The notes under the pieces are model-generated. The model was not told the origin of the DNA. It made no database searches and saw nothing but the letters and a program-made list of their open reading frames with translations. A stretch of 64,000 nt of DNA from Chloroflexota bacterium. Lineage in GTDB: Bacteria > Chloroflexota > UBA6077 > JACCZL01. Below are positions 47,277-57,297 of this stretch, piece after piece. The position numbers were made by a program, and so were the translations under genes. Each line of letters starts with the position of its first letter. The first letter of the stretch is position 1. The stretch spans positions 45,419-109,418 of the forward strand of contig JADZEM010000116.1 in assembly GCA_020850535.1 (NCBI GenBank). Reading direction: 5' to 3'.

Positions 47277-48553
47277 CCGCCCGTCCGCCAGCAGCCACCA
47301 GCGACAGCGCTGCCATGCTCGCTCGGTCGGAGGCGCAGTTGCGGGTGCTCCACGAGCTGCGCGTCGAAGCGCGTCTACGGCCAGACTTCGAGGCCCACTA
47401 CGTCGGCTTCCTACGTGCCCTGCGCGAGCGCCTTCACCCGCGCGGCGTCTACGACGCTCGCACGATTCGCCTGGCGAACGGCCTGACCTTCCAGGTCGAC
47501 CTGGGCGACCGGCTCGGGTGCGACGTGTTCTACGGCTACTACGATGAACGCTTTGAGGCTGGCCTGTTCGTGGAGCTGCTGGCGGCCGGCCAGACGATGT
47601 TCGACGTCGGGGCGAACTTTGGGTACTACGCCGTTCACTGCGCGCACGCCGTTGGCGCGGCAGGCGCGGTCCACGCCTTCGAGCCAGATCCCGCCGCCGC
47701 CGCCCTCCTCCGCGAAAATGCCTGTGCGAACGGGCTGGACGGCTGGCTGACGCACCACGCGGCAGCCGTCTCGGACCACAACGGCGCAACCGAGTACCAC
47801 CTTGCGGAGGAAGCGGCGTTCAGCGGCATGACCTCGACGGGCCGCTCGGCGGTGCGCGGGGTCGTACAGGTGCCGACGCGCAGCCTGGACTCAGTAGCAG
47901 CCGAGCATGGCGTCACGGCAATCGATGCCCTGAAGATCGATGTGGAAGGCCATGAGGCCAAGGTCTTGCGCGGAGCGGCTGGCCTGCTCGAGCGGTCACC
48001 CGACCCGCTGGTCATGCTGGAAGTGAGCGCGAAAAACCTGACGGACGAGGCTCGAAGCGCGCTGACGGCGGCGCTGCGGCCGATCTTTGCCGCTGGTTTC
48101 GTCGGGCTGATCCCCGACCTGTCCTCTGGTGCTGGACTGCGCGCAGTCATCACGCCGACTGAGGCCGCCAGCCTCCCCAGCGCAAACCTTCTCCTGGTCC
48201 GCGCGGGCGGCGAACGCGAGCGGCAGCTCCGGGCAGCGGTCGCCAGGCGACGGTCGACTGCCTCGCCGCTCCTCGACGTCGAGCCGGTCGACGCCGACGC
48301 CCGCGTGCTCCGGCTGGTGGCGGGGCCCGATCCAGAGTTCATCGCCGCCGCCCTGCGGGACAAGTCGGACGCGGAGGGGCGGGCGACCACGCTCGCCGCC
48401 GAGGTCAGCGAGCTGCGCACTGAGATCGGGCGGCTACGGGCCGAGCGCGCCGCGCTGCGGGCTGAGGTGCGTCGTCTGGGCTCCACACCGGTCGGACTGG
48501 CCGTTCGCGCAGCGCTGAAGCTTGCGCGGACGGTGGTGGGCGGTCAGCGCTAG
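47273..48553 (+). CDS. FkbM-family methyltransferase with C-terminal coiled-coil.
   Basis: MFDVGANFGYYAVH...HAFEPDP...KIDVEGHE. The start overlaps the ABC ATPase stop (ATGA). Confidence 0.75.
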   Translation: MTARPPAATSDSAAMLARSEAQLRVLHELRVEARLRPDFEAHYVGFLRALRERLHPRGVYDARTIRLANGLTFQVDLGDRLGCDVFYGYYDERFEAGLFVELLAAGQTMFDVGANFGYYAVHCAHAVGAAGAVHAFEPDPAAAALLRENACANGLDGWLTHHAAAVSDHNGATEYHLAEEAAFSGMTSTGRSAVRGVVQVPTRSLDSVAAEHGVTAIDALKIDVEGHEAKVLRGAAGLLERSPDPLVMLEVSAKNLTDEARSALTAALRPIFAAGFVGLIPDLSSGAGLRAVITPTEAASLPSANLLLVRAGGERERQLRAAVARRRSTASPLLDVEPVDADARVLRLVAGPDPEFIAAALRDKSDAEGRATTLAAEVSELRTEIGRLRAERAALRAEVRRLGSTPVGLAVRAALKLARTVVGGQR

Positions 48554-48568
48554 GCCGGGGCGCACGTC

Positions 48569-49702
48569 ATGCCGAGCCGCTCACTCCGCATCCTCTACGA
48601 CCACCAGATGTTCGCGCTTCAGCGGTTCGGCGGCATCACGCGCATCTTCGTCGAGCTGGCACGGCGGCTCTCGGCGCGCGACGACTGCGAGATCTACTGG
48701 CATCGTGGGTATCACCAGGACGGCTACGACGTCTCCGACTTCCAGGCCCGCCTGGCCCGCTACTGGAGCATCGACCGGCGGCCGCCAGTCATCGGCGGTT
48801 GGCCGCGCGAACGGATCAACCGCCACGCCTTCCGCTGCTTCGCCCGCACGATCTGGGGTGGCGTGGACATCTACCACCCGTCCTACTTCGAGGCTGGCCT
48901 GCTCGACATCCCCAGGACCGGGCACGTCGCCGTGACCGTCTACGACATGATCCTTGAGCGGTTCATGGCCGATCAGCCGCGCGTCCGGGCGCAGATCGCG
49001 GGGAAGCGCCGGCTGGTCGAGCGGGCAGACCTGGTGTTCGTGATCTCGGAGCACACCCGCCGGGACGTCGTCGAGTTGCTGGGCGTCGATCCCGCGCGGA
49101 CGGTCCTCACCTACCCGGCCAGCGACCTCGCCAGCGTGCCGGCCGCATCGCTCCCTCAGGGGTTGGTCGAACGGCCCTACCTGCTCTACGTGGGTCCGCG
49201 CTCGAAGTACAAGAACTTCCCGCTGCTGCTGGAGACGTTCCGTCAGTCTGCGTGGCTGCGGCGTGAGCTTCGCGTCGTCTGCCTGGGCGGCGGACCGTTC
49301 CTGGAGCCGGAGCAGCAGTTCCTGCGCGACCACGCCCTGACGGAGTGCTTCACGCAGGTGAGCGGCGACGACCGCATCCTCAAGGCCCTCTACGAGCGGG
49401 CCGTCGCGCTGGCCTGGACGAGCCACTTCGAGGGGTTTGGCATCCCGCCGCTCGAAGCGATGGAGGTCGGCTGCCCGGTCGTCTGCGCGCCGACCTCCTC
49501 GATGCCGGAGGTTGTCGGAGACGCCGCGCTGTTCTTCGATCCGGACCGCGCCGACGAGTTGGCCGAGCGCCTCCAACAGATCGCAGAGGACACGGCGCTG
49601 CGCCGACGGCTCATCGCCGGCGGCAGGGGCCGGGCGCGGCTGTTCTCGTGGGACGCGATGACGGCGGCCACCCTCGACGGCTACCGCCGGCTGGTACACT
49701 GA
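48569..49702 (+). CDS. Glycosyltransferase family 4 (GT-B, GT1-like).
   Basis: C-terminal EX7E region EGFGIPPLEAMEVGCPVVCAPTSSMPEVVGDAALFFDP. Confidence 0.8.
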   Translation: MPSRSLRILYDHQMFALQRFGGITRIFVELARRLSARDDCEIYWHRGYHQDGYDVSDFQARLARYWSIDRRPPVIGGWPRERINRHAFRCFARTIWGGVDIYHPSYFEAGLLDIPRTGHVAVTVYDMILERFMADQPRVRAQIAGKRRLVERADLVFVISEHTRRDVVELLGVDPARTVLTYPASDLASVPAASLPQGLVERPYLLYVGPRSKYKNFPLLLETFRQSAWLRRELRVVCLGGGPFLEPEQQFLRDHALTECFTQVSGDDRILKALYERAVALAWTSHFEGFGIPPLEAMEVGCPVVCAPTSSMPEVVGDAALFFDPDRADELAERLQQIAEDTALRRRLIAGGRGRARLFSWDAMTAATLDGYRRLVH

Positions 49703-49739
49703 CGCAGAGATCCATGCAGCCGAACGTGAGCGCCGCTCG

Positions 49740-50648
49740 ATGACCGCTTCCCCACCATCTGGCCCCATCCGACCGCTGGTGTCGGTCGTGATTGGCAGCT
49801 ACAACCGCCGACCGTTCTTGCAGCAGGCCATCGAGACCGTGCGCGAGAACGGGGCCAACCTGAGCTACGAGACCATCGTCGTGGACGGCGGCTCGACCGA
49901 CGGCTCGGTCGGCTGGCTGGTGAAGCAGAAGGACGTGGTCACCATCGTCCAGCACAATCGCGGCGAGTTTCGCGGCCAGCCGATCCGCCGCCGAAGCTGG
50001 GGCTACTTCATGAACCTCGGGTTCAAGAGCGCCCAGGGCCACTACATCCTGATGATCAGCGACGACTGCCTGCTGGTCCCCGGAGCGATGGAACGCGGAG
50101 TCGAGCATCTCCAGCAACTTAAGGCGGCCGGACGGAAGATCGGCGGTGGCGCGTTCTACTTCCGGAACTGGCCCAACGAGCGCGACTACTACGTGCAGCG
50201 CACGCTCGGCGGCAAGCTGATGGTCAACCACGGCCTCTACACACGCGTGGCACTGGAGGCGGTCGGCTTCGTGGACGAGGACCGCTACGGCTTCTACAAG
50301 GCAGACGGCGACCTGTGCCTCAAGATGTGGGAGGCCGGCTTCGAGGTGGTGGACTGCCCCGGCGCGTACGTGGAGCACTTCGAGGGCGCGAACCGGGCCG
50401 TTCGCAAGAGCAACCGCGAGCTGCTGGCGCGGGACCGCGAAGCGTATCGTCAGCGCTGGGAGGGCATTTTCTGGGATCCAGAAGGCCCTGAGCTGCGTGA
50501 CCAGTTGACGGCCGCGTTTGACGACCCGCACCGCACGGCCAGCCGCTTCCCGAGCGACGCGCCGCCCCTGCCAAAGCGCCTGGTGCGCCGGGCCGGCTCG
50601 ACCGGCAAGCGCGCGCTCGGCCACCTGACCCGGCTGGTCAATGCCTAG
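49740..50648 (+). CDS. Glycosyltransferase family 2.
   Basis: VSVVIGSYNRRPFLQQAIETV...ETIVVDGGSTDGS is a GT-A DXD-type N-terminus. Confidence 0.8.
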   Translation: MTASPPSGPIRPLVSVVIGSYNRRPFLQQAIETVRENGANLSYETIVVDGGSTDGSVGWLVKQKDVVTIVQHNRGEFRGQPIRRRSWGYFMNLGFKSAQGHYILMISDDCLLVPGAMERGVEHLQQLKAAGRKIGGGAFYFRNWPNERDYYVQRTLGGKLMVNHGLYTRVALEAVGFVDEDRYGFYKADGDLCLKMWEAGFEVVDCPGAYVEHFEGANRAVRKSNRELLARDREAYRQRWEGIFWDPEGPELRDQLTAAFDDPHRTASRFPSDAPPLPKRLVRRAGSTGKRALGHLTRLVNA

Positions 50649-52347
50649 CGCCGCGCGACTGCTCAAGCGGCTGCTGTCACGCCCAAGCGCCCCGCAGCCC
50701 GATCCGCTCCCGTCCGGCCACATCCTGCCAGACTGGAACGCCCTGCTCGACACCGACCGCGCCCTCTGGGAGCGCGCGAAAGCTCAGGCTCAGGCCGGCC
50801 CGGGCGTGCTGCTCGCCACGAACGTCGGCGGGCACTCGCCGGCCACGGTCGTCGAGAGCGTCCTGGCCGTGGCGCTGACGCTGCGCGGCGCACGCGTCCA
50901 CACGCTCGTCTGCGACAAGGTCATGCCGGCGTGCCTGCGAGCGCAGGCGGACAACGTCCTCGATCCCGGCGTCTTCTCTCGCTACGAGCTGCCAGAGAAG
51001 CTGTGCGGCAGTTGCTACCCCATCGGCGAGCACGTTTACGGGCCGCTCGGGCTGCCGCACCACCGATTCTCGGAGCTGCTCTCGCCGGACGAGCAGCGGG
51101 CCTGCCGCGCACTGGCCGACTCGACGCCCTACGAGGCGATCCCTGGCGCCATCGTGGACGGGCTGCCCATCGGGGAGCAGGCCTACGCCGGGGCGCTCCG
51201 CTACTTCGCGCGGGGCGACCTGGACGACGAGCCGTACGGCGAGAGCGTGCTGCGCCGCTACTTCGAGGCCTCGTTGCAGGCCGCCAGCGTGACCCGCTCG
51301 CTGCTCGCCACCCGCCGATTCGAGGCCGCCTGTATGCACCACGGCATCTACGTGCCCCAGGGCGTCAGCAGCGCCGTCGCGCGGCAGCTTGGCGTGCGCG
51401 TCTCGACCTGGAACCCGGCCTACCGCAGCAACTGCTTCATCTTCAGCCTACACGACACCTACCACCACACCCTGTTGGACGAGCCGACGGAGTCGTGGGA
51501 CACGATGCCCTGGACCGCCCAGATGGAAGAGCAGATCCTGAACTACCTCAAGAGCCGCTGGTCCGGCTCGCGTGACTGGATCTGGTTCCACGACCGTCCA
51601 GACGAGGACTTTGCGAAGTACGCCGCCGAGATCGGGCTGGACCTCGGGAAGCCGATCGTCGGGATGCTCTCCAACGTCATCTGGGACGCGCAACTGCACT
51701 ACCGTGCCAACGCCTTCCCGACTATGCTCGCCTGGGTGATCGAGACGATCCGGTACTTCGAGCGGCGGCCAGACCTCCAGCTGCTGCTGCGGGTCCACCC
51801 CGCCGAGCTGCGGGGCACGGCACGCTCGCGCCAGCCGCTGGTGGACGAGATCGCGCGGGCATTCCCGACGCTCCCGCCCAACGTCTTCATCATCCCGCCA
51901 GAGTCACAGGTCTCGACCTACGCCGCGATGGCCCAGGCGAACGCCGTCATCATCTTCGGCACCAAGACCGGCGTCGAGCTGACCTCGATGGGTATTCCCG
52001 TGATCGTGGCCGGCGAGGCCTGGATTCGGAACAAGGGGCTGACCCTCGACGCCAGCTCGGCGGCCGGCTACTTCGAGATCCTCGACGGCCTGCCACTGGC
52101 CGCGCGGATGCCGGCCGAACAGGTCGCCCGCGCCCGCAAGTACGCCTACCATTTCTTCTTCCGGCGGATGGTCCCGCTGGAGTTCATGGAGGTGACCGGC
52201 GCGTGGCCGCCCTACCGCGTGGCGCTCGAATCGCTCGGCGACCTGCTGCCTGGGCGGCACGCCGGGCTGGACATCATCTGCGACGGCATCCTGAACGGCT
52301 CGCCGTTCATCTACCCGGCCGAGGAGCTGGGCGTTCATGACCGCTGA
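50641..52347 (+). CDS. Large GT-B-like protein of unassigned family, paralog A (possibly KpsC/KpsS 'capsule polysaccharide biosynthesis' type).
   Basis: 568 aa and soluble. The C-terminal half has a Rossmann-like NAVIIFGTKTGVELTSMGIPVIVAGEAW. The N-terminal half is Cys-rich: HTLVCDKVMPACLR...CGSCYP. It overlaps its neighbours by 8 and 11 nt. The family assignment is not verifiable from sequence alone. Confidence 0.5.
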   Translation: MPSAARLLKRLLSRPSAPQPDPLPSGHILPDWNALLDTDRALWERAKAQAQAGPGVLLATNVGGHSPATVVESVLAVALTLRGARVHTLVCDKVMPACLRAQADNVLDPGVFSRYELPEKLCGSCYPIGEHVYGPLGLPHHRFSELLSPDEQRACRALADSTPYEAIPGAIVDGLPIGEQAYAGALRYFARGDLDDEPYGESVLRRYFEASLQAASVTRSLLATRRFEAACMHHGIYVPQGVSSAVARQLGVRVSTWNPAYRSNCFIFSLHDTYHHTLLDEPTESWDTMPWTAQMEEQILNYLKSRWSGSRDWIWFHDRPDEDFAKYAAEIGLDLGKPIVGMLSNVIWDAQLHYRANAFPTMLAWVIETIRYFERRPDLQLLLRVHPAELRGTARSRQPLVDEIARAFPTLPPNVFIIPPESQVSTYAAMAQANAVIIFGTKTGVELTSMGIPVIVAGEAWIRNKGLTLDASSAAGYFEILDGLPLAARMPAEQVARARKYAYHFFFRRMVPLEFMEVTGAWPPYRVALESLGDLLPGRHAGLDIICDGILNGSPFIYPAEELGVHDR

Positions 52348-53152
52348 CGCCTTGCTGGATCGACTGGGCCGGCTGCCGGTCGGTCGGCTGGTGTCGCCAG
52401 CGCGCCGCCGCTGGCTGTTGAAGCTGCTGCAGCGGCGCGCGCGTCGGTACGGCTATTCGCTGGTGCCGGCCCCGCCGCCAACGGCTGGCGTGGCACAGTG
52501 GGACATCTGGACGTGGGTGCGCGCCACCTCGACCATCCGGACCGTCGTAGACATCGGCGCGAACGACGGCGTCTACGCCCGCTACCTGAACGAGTTCTTT
52601 CGCCCGGCCGCCGTGCACGCGTTCGAGCCGCTGCCCGGCTGCCAGCCGAAGCTCGCCGCGCTGAAGCGGGAGATGCCAAACGTCACGCTGCATCAACTGG
52701 CGCTCTCCGATCGCGCTGGCGAGGCGACGTTCTACAGCAACGAGTATGCGCCGGCCTCTTCGCTGCTCGAAGTGAGCGCCGTGTCCCGCCGCGCCTTCCC
52801 CGAGACCGAGCGCGCGACGGCCACCGCCGTCCAGGTGGCGCGCCTCGACGACGTGCTGCCAGCAGACTCGCTCGAACGCGACATCCTGGTCAAGATCGAC
52901 GTCCAGGGCGTCGAGGACCGGGTGATCCGGGGCGGGCGCGCGCTCTTCTCGGCGGCATCCGTCGTGCTGATCGAGATGGCCTTCGTCGCCGTCTACGAGA
53001 ACCAGCCGCTCTTCGAGGAAGTCCACACCCTGCTCGCCGGGTGCGGCCTGCGGCTGGCCGGCTTCAAGAATCAGATCGACGACGCCGAGAGCGGCCAGCC
53101 CCTCTTCGCGCACTGCCTGTACCGCCGCCCCGACCACCGAACGCCAGACTGA
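52337..53152 (+). CDS. FkbM-family methyltransferase (second copy).
   Basis: VVDIGANDGVYARYL...HAFEPLP...KIDVQGVE. Confidence 0.75.
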   Translation: MTADALLDRLGRLPVGRLVSPARRRWLLKLLQRRARRYGYSLVPAPPPTAGVAQWDIWTWVRATSTIRTVVDIGANDGVYARYLNEFFRPAAVHAFEPLPGCQPKLAALKREMPNVTLHQLALSDRAGEATFYSNEYAPASSLLEVSAVSRRAFPETERATATAVQVARLDDVLPADSLERDILVKIDVQGVEDRVIRGGRALFSAASVVLIEMAFVAVYENQPLFEEVHTLLAGCGLRLAGFKNQIDDAESGQPLFAHCLYRRPDHRTPD

Positions 53153-53340
53153 CCTGGGAGCCATCGTTGCGGCCTGCTACCGTCTTCCCCGATCGTGGCC
53201 GGTTCGGCCGGTACGTCGGCCATGTCCTATCATCCTCTGCGCGATTCCAGACCGAAAGCCGTAGGTAGACGCTCCTTGCTGGTGAACTCGCTCGATTCAG
53301 GACCGGCCTGTCGCGCGGATCGGCCGCCGCGAGGCCGCTC

Positions 53341-55059
53341 GTGAACCCGATCATCCGCCGAGCGCGGACCGCTGTCGCCCGGGCGCTGGGACGCCGACGC
53401 AAGGGTGTGCCGACAGCGCACGATCCGCGCTTCCCGGACTGGCAACAGATCCTGGCCGCCAACCGCGAGCAGTGGGACGCTGCCCGGCGGCGCGCGGCCG
53501 GCGGCCCGCCGGTGCTGGTCGCCAGCACGGTCGGCGGGTACGGCGCCGGCTCGGTGTTCGAGAGTATGCTGTCTGTGGCGCTGACCCTGCGGGGCGCGCG
53601 CGTGCACACCCTGCTCTGCGACCGCGCCCTGCCCGGCTGCCAGCGGGCCGAGTACACGGACGTGCCAGACCCGCGCGTGCTGGTGGACTACCAGTTGCCG
53701 GACCGCCTCTGCGATGGCTGTTTCGCCACCGGCCGCTACAACTTCGCGCCGCTCGGCCTGAGCGACCACCGGGTCGGGGCGCTGGCGTCGCGGGCTGAGA
53801 AACACGAGGCCCGTCGCATCGCGAACGAGACCCCCATCGGCGAGATCCGGGACTTCGCCTGGAATGGCCTGAACATCGGCGAGCACGCCTACGCTGGCGC
53901 GCTCCGCTACTTCGCGCGGGGCGACCTGGAAGCTGAGGCGCTGGGCGAGCCGGTCCTGCGCCGCTACCTGGAAGCCTCGATCCTGATGGCCGCCGCCTCA
54001 ACCCGGTTGATCCAGCAGGAAGGCATCCAGATCGCCGCGTTCAACCACGGGCTGTACGTGCCGCAGGGCGTCCTCGGGGAGGTCTGCCGGCGGCTCGGCG
54101 TGCGGGTTGCCAACTGGAACCCGGCCTACCGCACCTCCTGCTTCATCTTCAGCCACGGCGACACCTATCACCACACGCTGATGGCCGAGCCAACCGAAGC
54201 CTGGGACACGATGGCGTGGACGCCGGCGCTCGAAGCCCAGATTCAGGCGTACCTGAAGAGTCGGTGGTCGGGCTCGCGGGACTGGATCTGGTTCCACGAC
54301 GAGCCAGACGAGGATTTCGCGGCGTATGCCCGCGAGGTCGGCCTGGATCTCAAGAAGCCGATCGTTGGGCTGCTCACCAACGTGATGTGGGACGCCCAGC
54401 TGCACTACCCGGCCAACGCCTTCCCGAGCATGCTGGACTGGGTGCTCCGCACCATCGAGTGGTTCAAGGGCCGTCCCGATCTCCAGCTGCTGATTCGGGT
54501 GCATCCCGCCGAGATCCGAGGGACAGCCCGCTCGCGGCAGCCCCTGGTGCCGGAGATCGAGAAGGCGTTCCCAGACCTGCCGCCGAACGTCTTCATCATC
54601 CCGCCCGAGTCGCAGATCTCGACCTACGCCGCCGTGGCGACCGTGAACGCGGCCATCATCTACGGCACCAAGACGGGCGTCGAGCTGACCTCGTCCGGCA
54701 TCCCGACCATCGTGGCGGGCGAGGCCTGGATCCGAAACAAGGGCATCACCCTGGACGCCTCGTCCCCAGACGACTATTTCGGCATCCTCGACACGCTGCC
54801 GCTCGCGGGCCGGATGCCGCCCGAGCAGATCGAACGGGCCCGCCAGTACGCCTTTCACTTCTTCTTCCGACGGATGGTGCCGGTGCCGGCGATGGTCCCC
54901 ACCAAAGCCGTTCCGCCGTTCCGCGTCGCCATCGACTCGCTGGACGATCTGCTGCCCGGCAAGCAGCCGGGCCTGGACATCATCTGTGACGGCATCCTGC
55001 GCGGCTCGCCGTTCATCTACCCGGCCGAGACCTACGGGCTCCACGACGATGGACGGTAG
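53341..55059 (+). CDS. Large GT-B-like protein of unassigned family, paralog B.
   Basis: 572 aa, collinear with paralog A. For example, NPAYRTSCFIFSHGDTYHHTLMAEPTEAWDTMAWT versus NPAYRSNCFIFSLHDTYHHTLLDEPTESWDTMPWT. GTG start after a 189-bp gap. Confidence 0.5.
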   Translation: MNPIIRRARTAVARALGRRRKGVPTAHDPRFPDWQQILAANREQWDAARRRAAGGPPVLVASTVGGYGAGSVFESMLSVALTLRGARVHTLLCDRALPGCQRAEYTDVPDPRVLVDYQLPDRLCDGCFATGRYNFAPLGLSDHRVGALASRAEKHEARRIANETPIGEIRDFAWNGLNIGEHAYAGALRYFARGDLEAEALGEPVLRRYLEASILMAAASTRLIQQEGIQIAAFNHGLYVPQGVLGEVCRRLGVRVANWNPAYRTSCFIFSHGDTYHHTLMAEPTEAWDTMAWTPALEAQIQAYLKSRWSGSRDWIWFHDEPDEDFAAYAREVGLDLKKPIVGLLTNVMWDAQLHYPANAFPSMLDWVLRTIEWFKGRPDLQLLIRVHPAEIRGTARSRQPLVPEIEKAFPDLPPNVFIIPPESQISTYAAVATVNAAIIYGTKTGVELTSSGIPTIVAGEAWIRNKGITLDASSPDDYFGILDTLPLAGRMPPEQIERARQYAFHFFFRRMVPVPAMVPTKAVPPFRVAIDSLDDLLPGKQPGLDIICDGILRGSPFIYPAETYGLHDDGR

Positions 55060-55957
55060 GCGGCTGGCGCGTGGGGCGCGACGCGTCGTGCGACGCCTCG
55101 CGCACGAGGTCAAGGAGCAGGTCCGCCCGACCCCTCCCCCGCCCTCCCCCGTCGAGCTGTATCTCGCAGGCGGGCGCGTGCCCTGGAGCGAGGGCTACGG
55201 GCGGTATCGGCGTGAGGTGACCGTCAAGGCCCTCAACGACCCTGACCTGATGCGTCGGTTCCGCGGCGGCGAGCCGCTCCCCGAGGGCTACGGCAGCAAG
55301 CTCGACGAGCGCGTGGTTGAGTATCCGTGGGTGCTCTCGCGGCTGCCTGACGGCCCGGGCACGCTGCTCGACGCCGGCTCGACGCTCAGCTATCCGTTTA
55401 CACTGGAGCTGGCGTCCGTGGCGGCCAAGAAGCTGGTGGTGGTGACACTCGCGCCCCCCGCCCACATGGCCCACGCCGCCAACGTCTCGTACCTGTTCGA
55501 CGACCTCCGCAATCTGATGCTGCGCGACGCCGTGTTTGATACCGTGGTATGCATCAGCACGCTGGAGCACATCGGCCTGGACAACACGCAGCTCTACTCC
55601 GAGGATGCCCGCTTCGCCGAGCACAACCTGTCCGGCTACCAGCCGGCCCTGGACGAGTTGCGCCGCGTCCTGAAGCCGGGCGGCACGCTGCTGCTGACGG
55701 TGCCCTTCGGCAAAGCCGAAGACCACGGCTGGCTGCAGCAGTTCGACCGTGACGGGATCGGGCGGATCGTCGGGCGGTTCGGCGGCGCGCTGGTCAGCGA
55801 GGCGTACTTCGCGCATGGGCCGGCCGGCTGGCAGGTCACGACTGCCGAGGCCTGCGCCGACGCTCACTACTTCAACGTCCACGCCAGCAAGGAGCCGGCC
55901 CCGGACGGCGCCGCCGCCGCGCGCGCGGTGTGCTGCCTGGAGCTGGTCAAATCGTGA
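55049..55957 (+). CDS. SAM-dependent methyltransferase.
   Basis: LLDAGSTLSYPF (motif I-like) ... VLKPGGTLLLTVPFG. ATG 55049 overlaps the upstream gene by 11 nt. Confidence 0.6.
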   Translation: MDGRRLARGARRVVRRLAHEVKEQVRPTPPPPSPVELYLAGGRVPWSEGYGRYRREVTVKALNDPDLMRRFRGGEPLPEGYGSKLDERVVEYPWVLSRLPDGPGTLLDAGSTLSYPFTLELASVAAKKLVVVTLAPPAHMAHAANVSYLFDDLRNLMLRDAVFDTVVCISTLEHIGLDNTQLYSEDARFAEHNLSGYQPALDELRRVLKPGGTLLLTVPFGKAEDHGWLQQFDRDGIGRIVGRFGGALVSEAYFAHGPAGWQVTTAEACADAHYFNVHASKEPAPDGAAAARAVCCLELVKS

Positions 55958-57297
55958 GCACCCCACCGGGCGGCAGCACGGGCCAGAGTCCCCCGACGGG
56001 CCAGAGTCCGCTGACGGTGGCGATCAACGCCCAGGTGAACCCGGCCAACGCCGGCGGCGTCGAGTCAGCGCTCCAGGGGCTGATCACCTACCTCAGCGAG
56101 CTGCCGCTGGAGGAGCGCTATCTGCTGCTCTCGACGGTCAAGTACGCGCCGTCGATGGAGAAGCTGGCGGCCGGCAAGCTCCAGGTCGTCCCCTGGCCCT
56201 TCCCGCAGAAGGCGTACGCGCCATACCGCAGCATGACGCGGCGCTGGTCGCGGTGGCAGGCGCGGGCCGGCGCGCTCGGGCCGGGTGTGGACGCCCTGCA
56301 CTGGAGCTGGTGGCAGGCCCGCCGCGCGATGGCCCGCAACCCGAACGCCCGCCAGTCGGACGCCTTCCTGCACTCCCGCGGGGTCTCGGTGGTGCATTTC
56401 GCCTACGGCGTCCGCTTCGGCACCACGCTGCCGTTCCTGTACGAGCCGTGGGACTTGCAGCACCGTCACTATCCAGAGTTCTTCAAGCCGGGCGAGTGGG
56501 AGTGGCGCGACCAGCTGTACCGTGAGGGGTGCGAGCAGGCGACGCTGGTCGTCACGGCGACACGCTGGACGAAGCGCGACATCATCGAGCAGTACAAGAT
56601 CCCGGCCGAGCGGATCGCCGTGATCCCACGCGGCCCCTGGGTGACGCCGACCATGCCCGGCCCGCGCGATGTCGAGAAGGTCCGCAAGCAGTACGGGCTG
56701 CCGAGCAAGTTCGCGTTCTACCCGGCGATGAGCTTCCCGCACAAGAACCATCTGCGGCTGTTCGAGGCCCTGGCGATCCTGCGCGACCGCCACGGCCTGA
56801 CGCTGCCGCTGGTCTGCACCGGCCGCCAGTACGAACCGTACTGGCCGGAGCTGCTGGCCGGCGTCGAGCGGTTCAACCTGCAACGTCAGGTCTTCCTGCT
56901 GGAGTCGGTGCCGGCCGACACGTTGGCGGCCATCTTCAAGTCCGCGTCGCTGCTGGTGTTCCCATCGCTGTTCGAGGGGCTGGGGCTGCCAGTGATCGAA
57001 GCCCTGGAGTACGAGTTGCCGGTGGTGTCGTCGCGGGCGACCTGCCTGCCGGAGGTGGCCGGCGACGCTGCGCTCTACTTCGACGGCAGCGACGTGGATT
57101 CGATCGTCGATGCCCTGCTGCGGGCCGAACGCGATCCAGACTCGCTCAAGGCCGCCAGACGGGCCGCGCCGGCCGCCCTCGCCCGATTCTCCTGGCCGAA
57201 AGCGGCCCAGACGTTCATCGCCTGCTACCGGGCGGTGGGCGGCGCGCCACTGACGGCGGAGCAGCAAGCCCTCTATCAGGAAGCCATCGAAGCATGA
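55954..57297 (+). CDS. Glycosyltransferase family 4 (second copy).
   Basis: SLFEGLGLPVIEALEYELPVVSSRATCLPEVAGDAALYFD. GTG 55954 overlaps the upstream stop (GTGA). Confidence 0.8.
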   Translation: MSTPPGGSTGQSPPTGQSPLTVAINAQVNPANAGGVESALQGLITYLSELPLEERYLLLSTVKYAPSMEKLAAGKLQVVPWPFPQKAYAPYRSMTRRWSRWQARAGALGPGVDALHWSWWQARRAMARNPNARQSDAFLHSRGVSVVHFAYGVRFGTTLPFLYEPWDLQHRHYPEFFKPGEWEWRDQLYREGCEQATLVVTATRWTKRDIIEQYKIPAERIAVIPRGPWVTPTMPGPRDVEKVRKQYGLPSKFAFYPAMSFPHKNHLRLFEALAILRDRHGLTLPLVCTGRQYEPYWPELLAGVERFNLQRQVFLLESVPADTLAAIFKSASLLVFPSLFEGLGLPVIEALEYELPVVSSRATCLPEVAGDAALYFDGSDVDSIVDALLRAERDPDSLKAARRAAPAALARFSWPKAAQTFIACYRAVGGAPLTAEQQALYQEAIEA

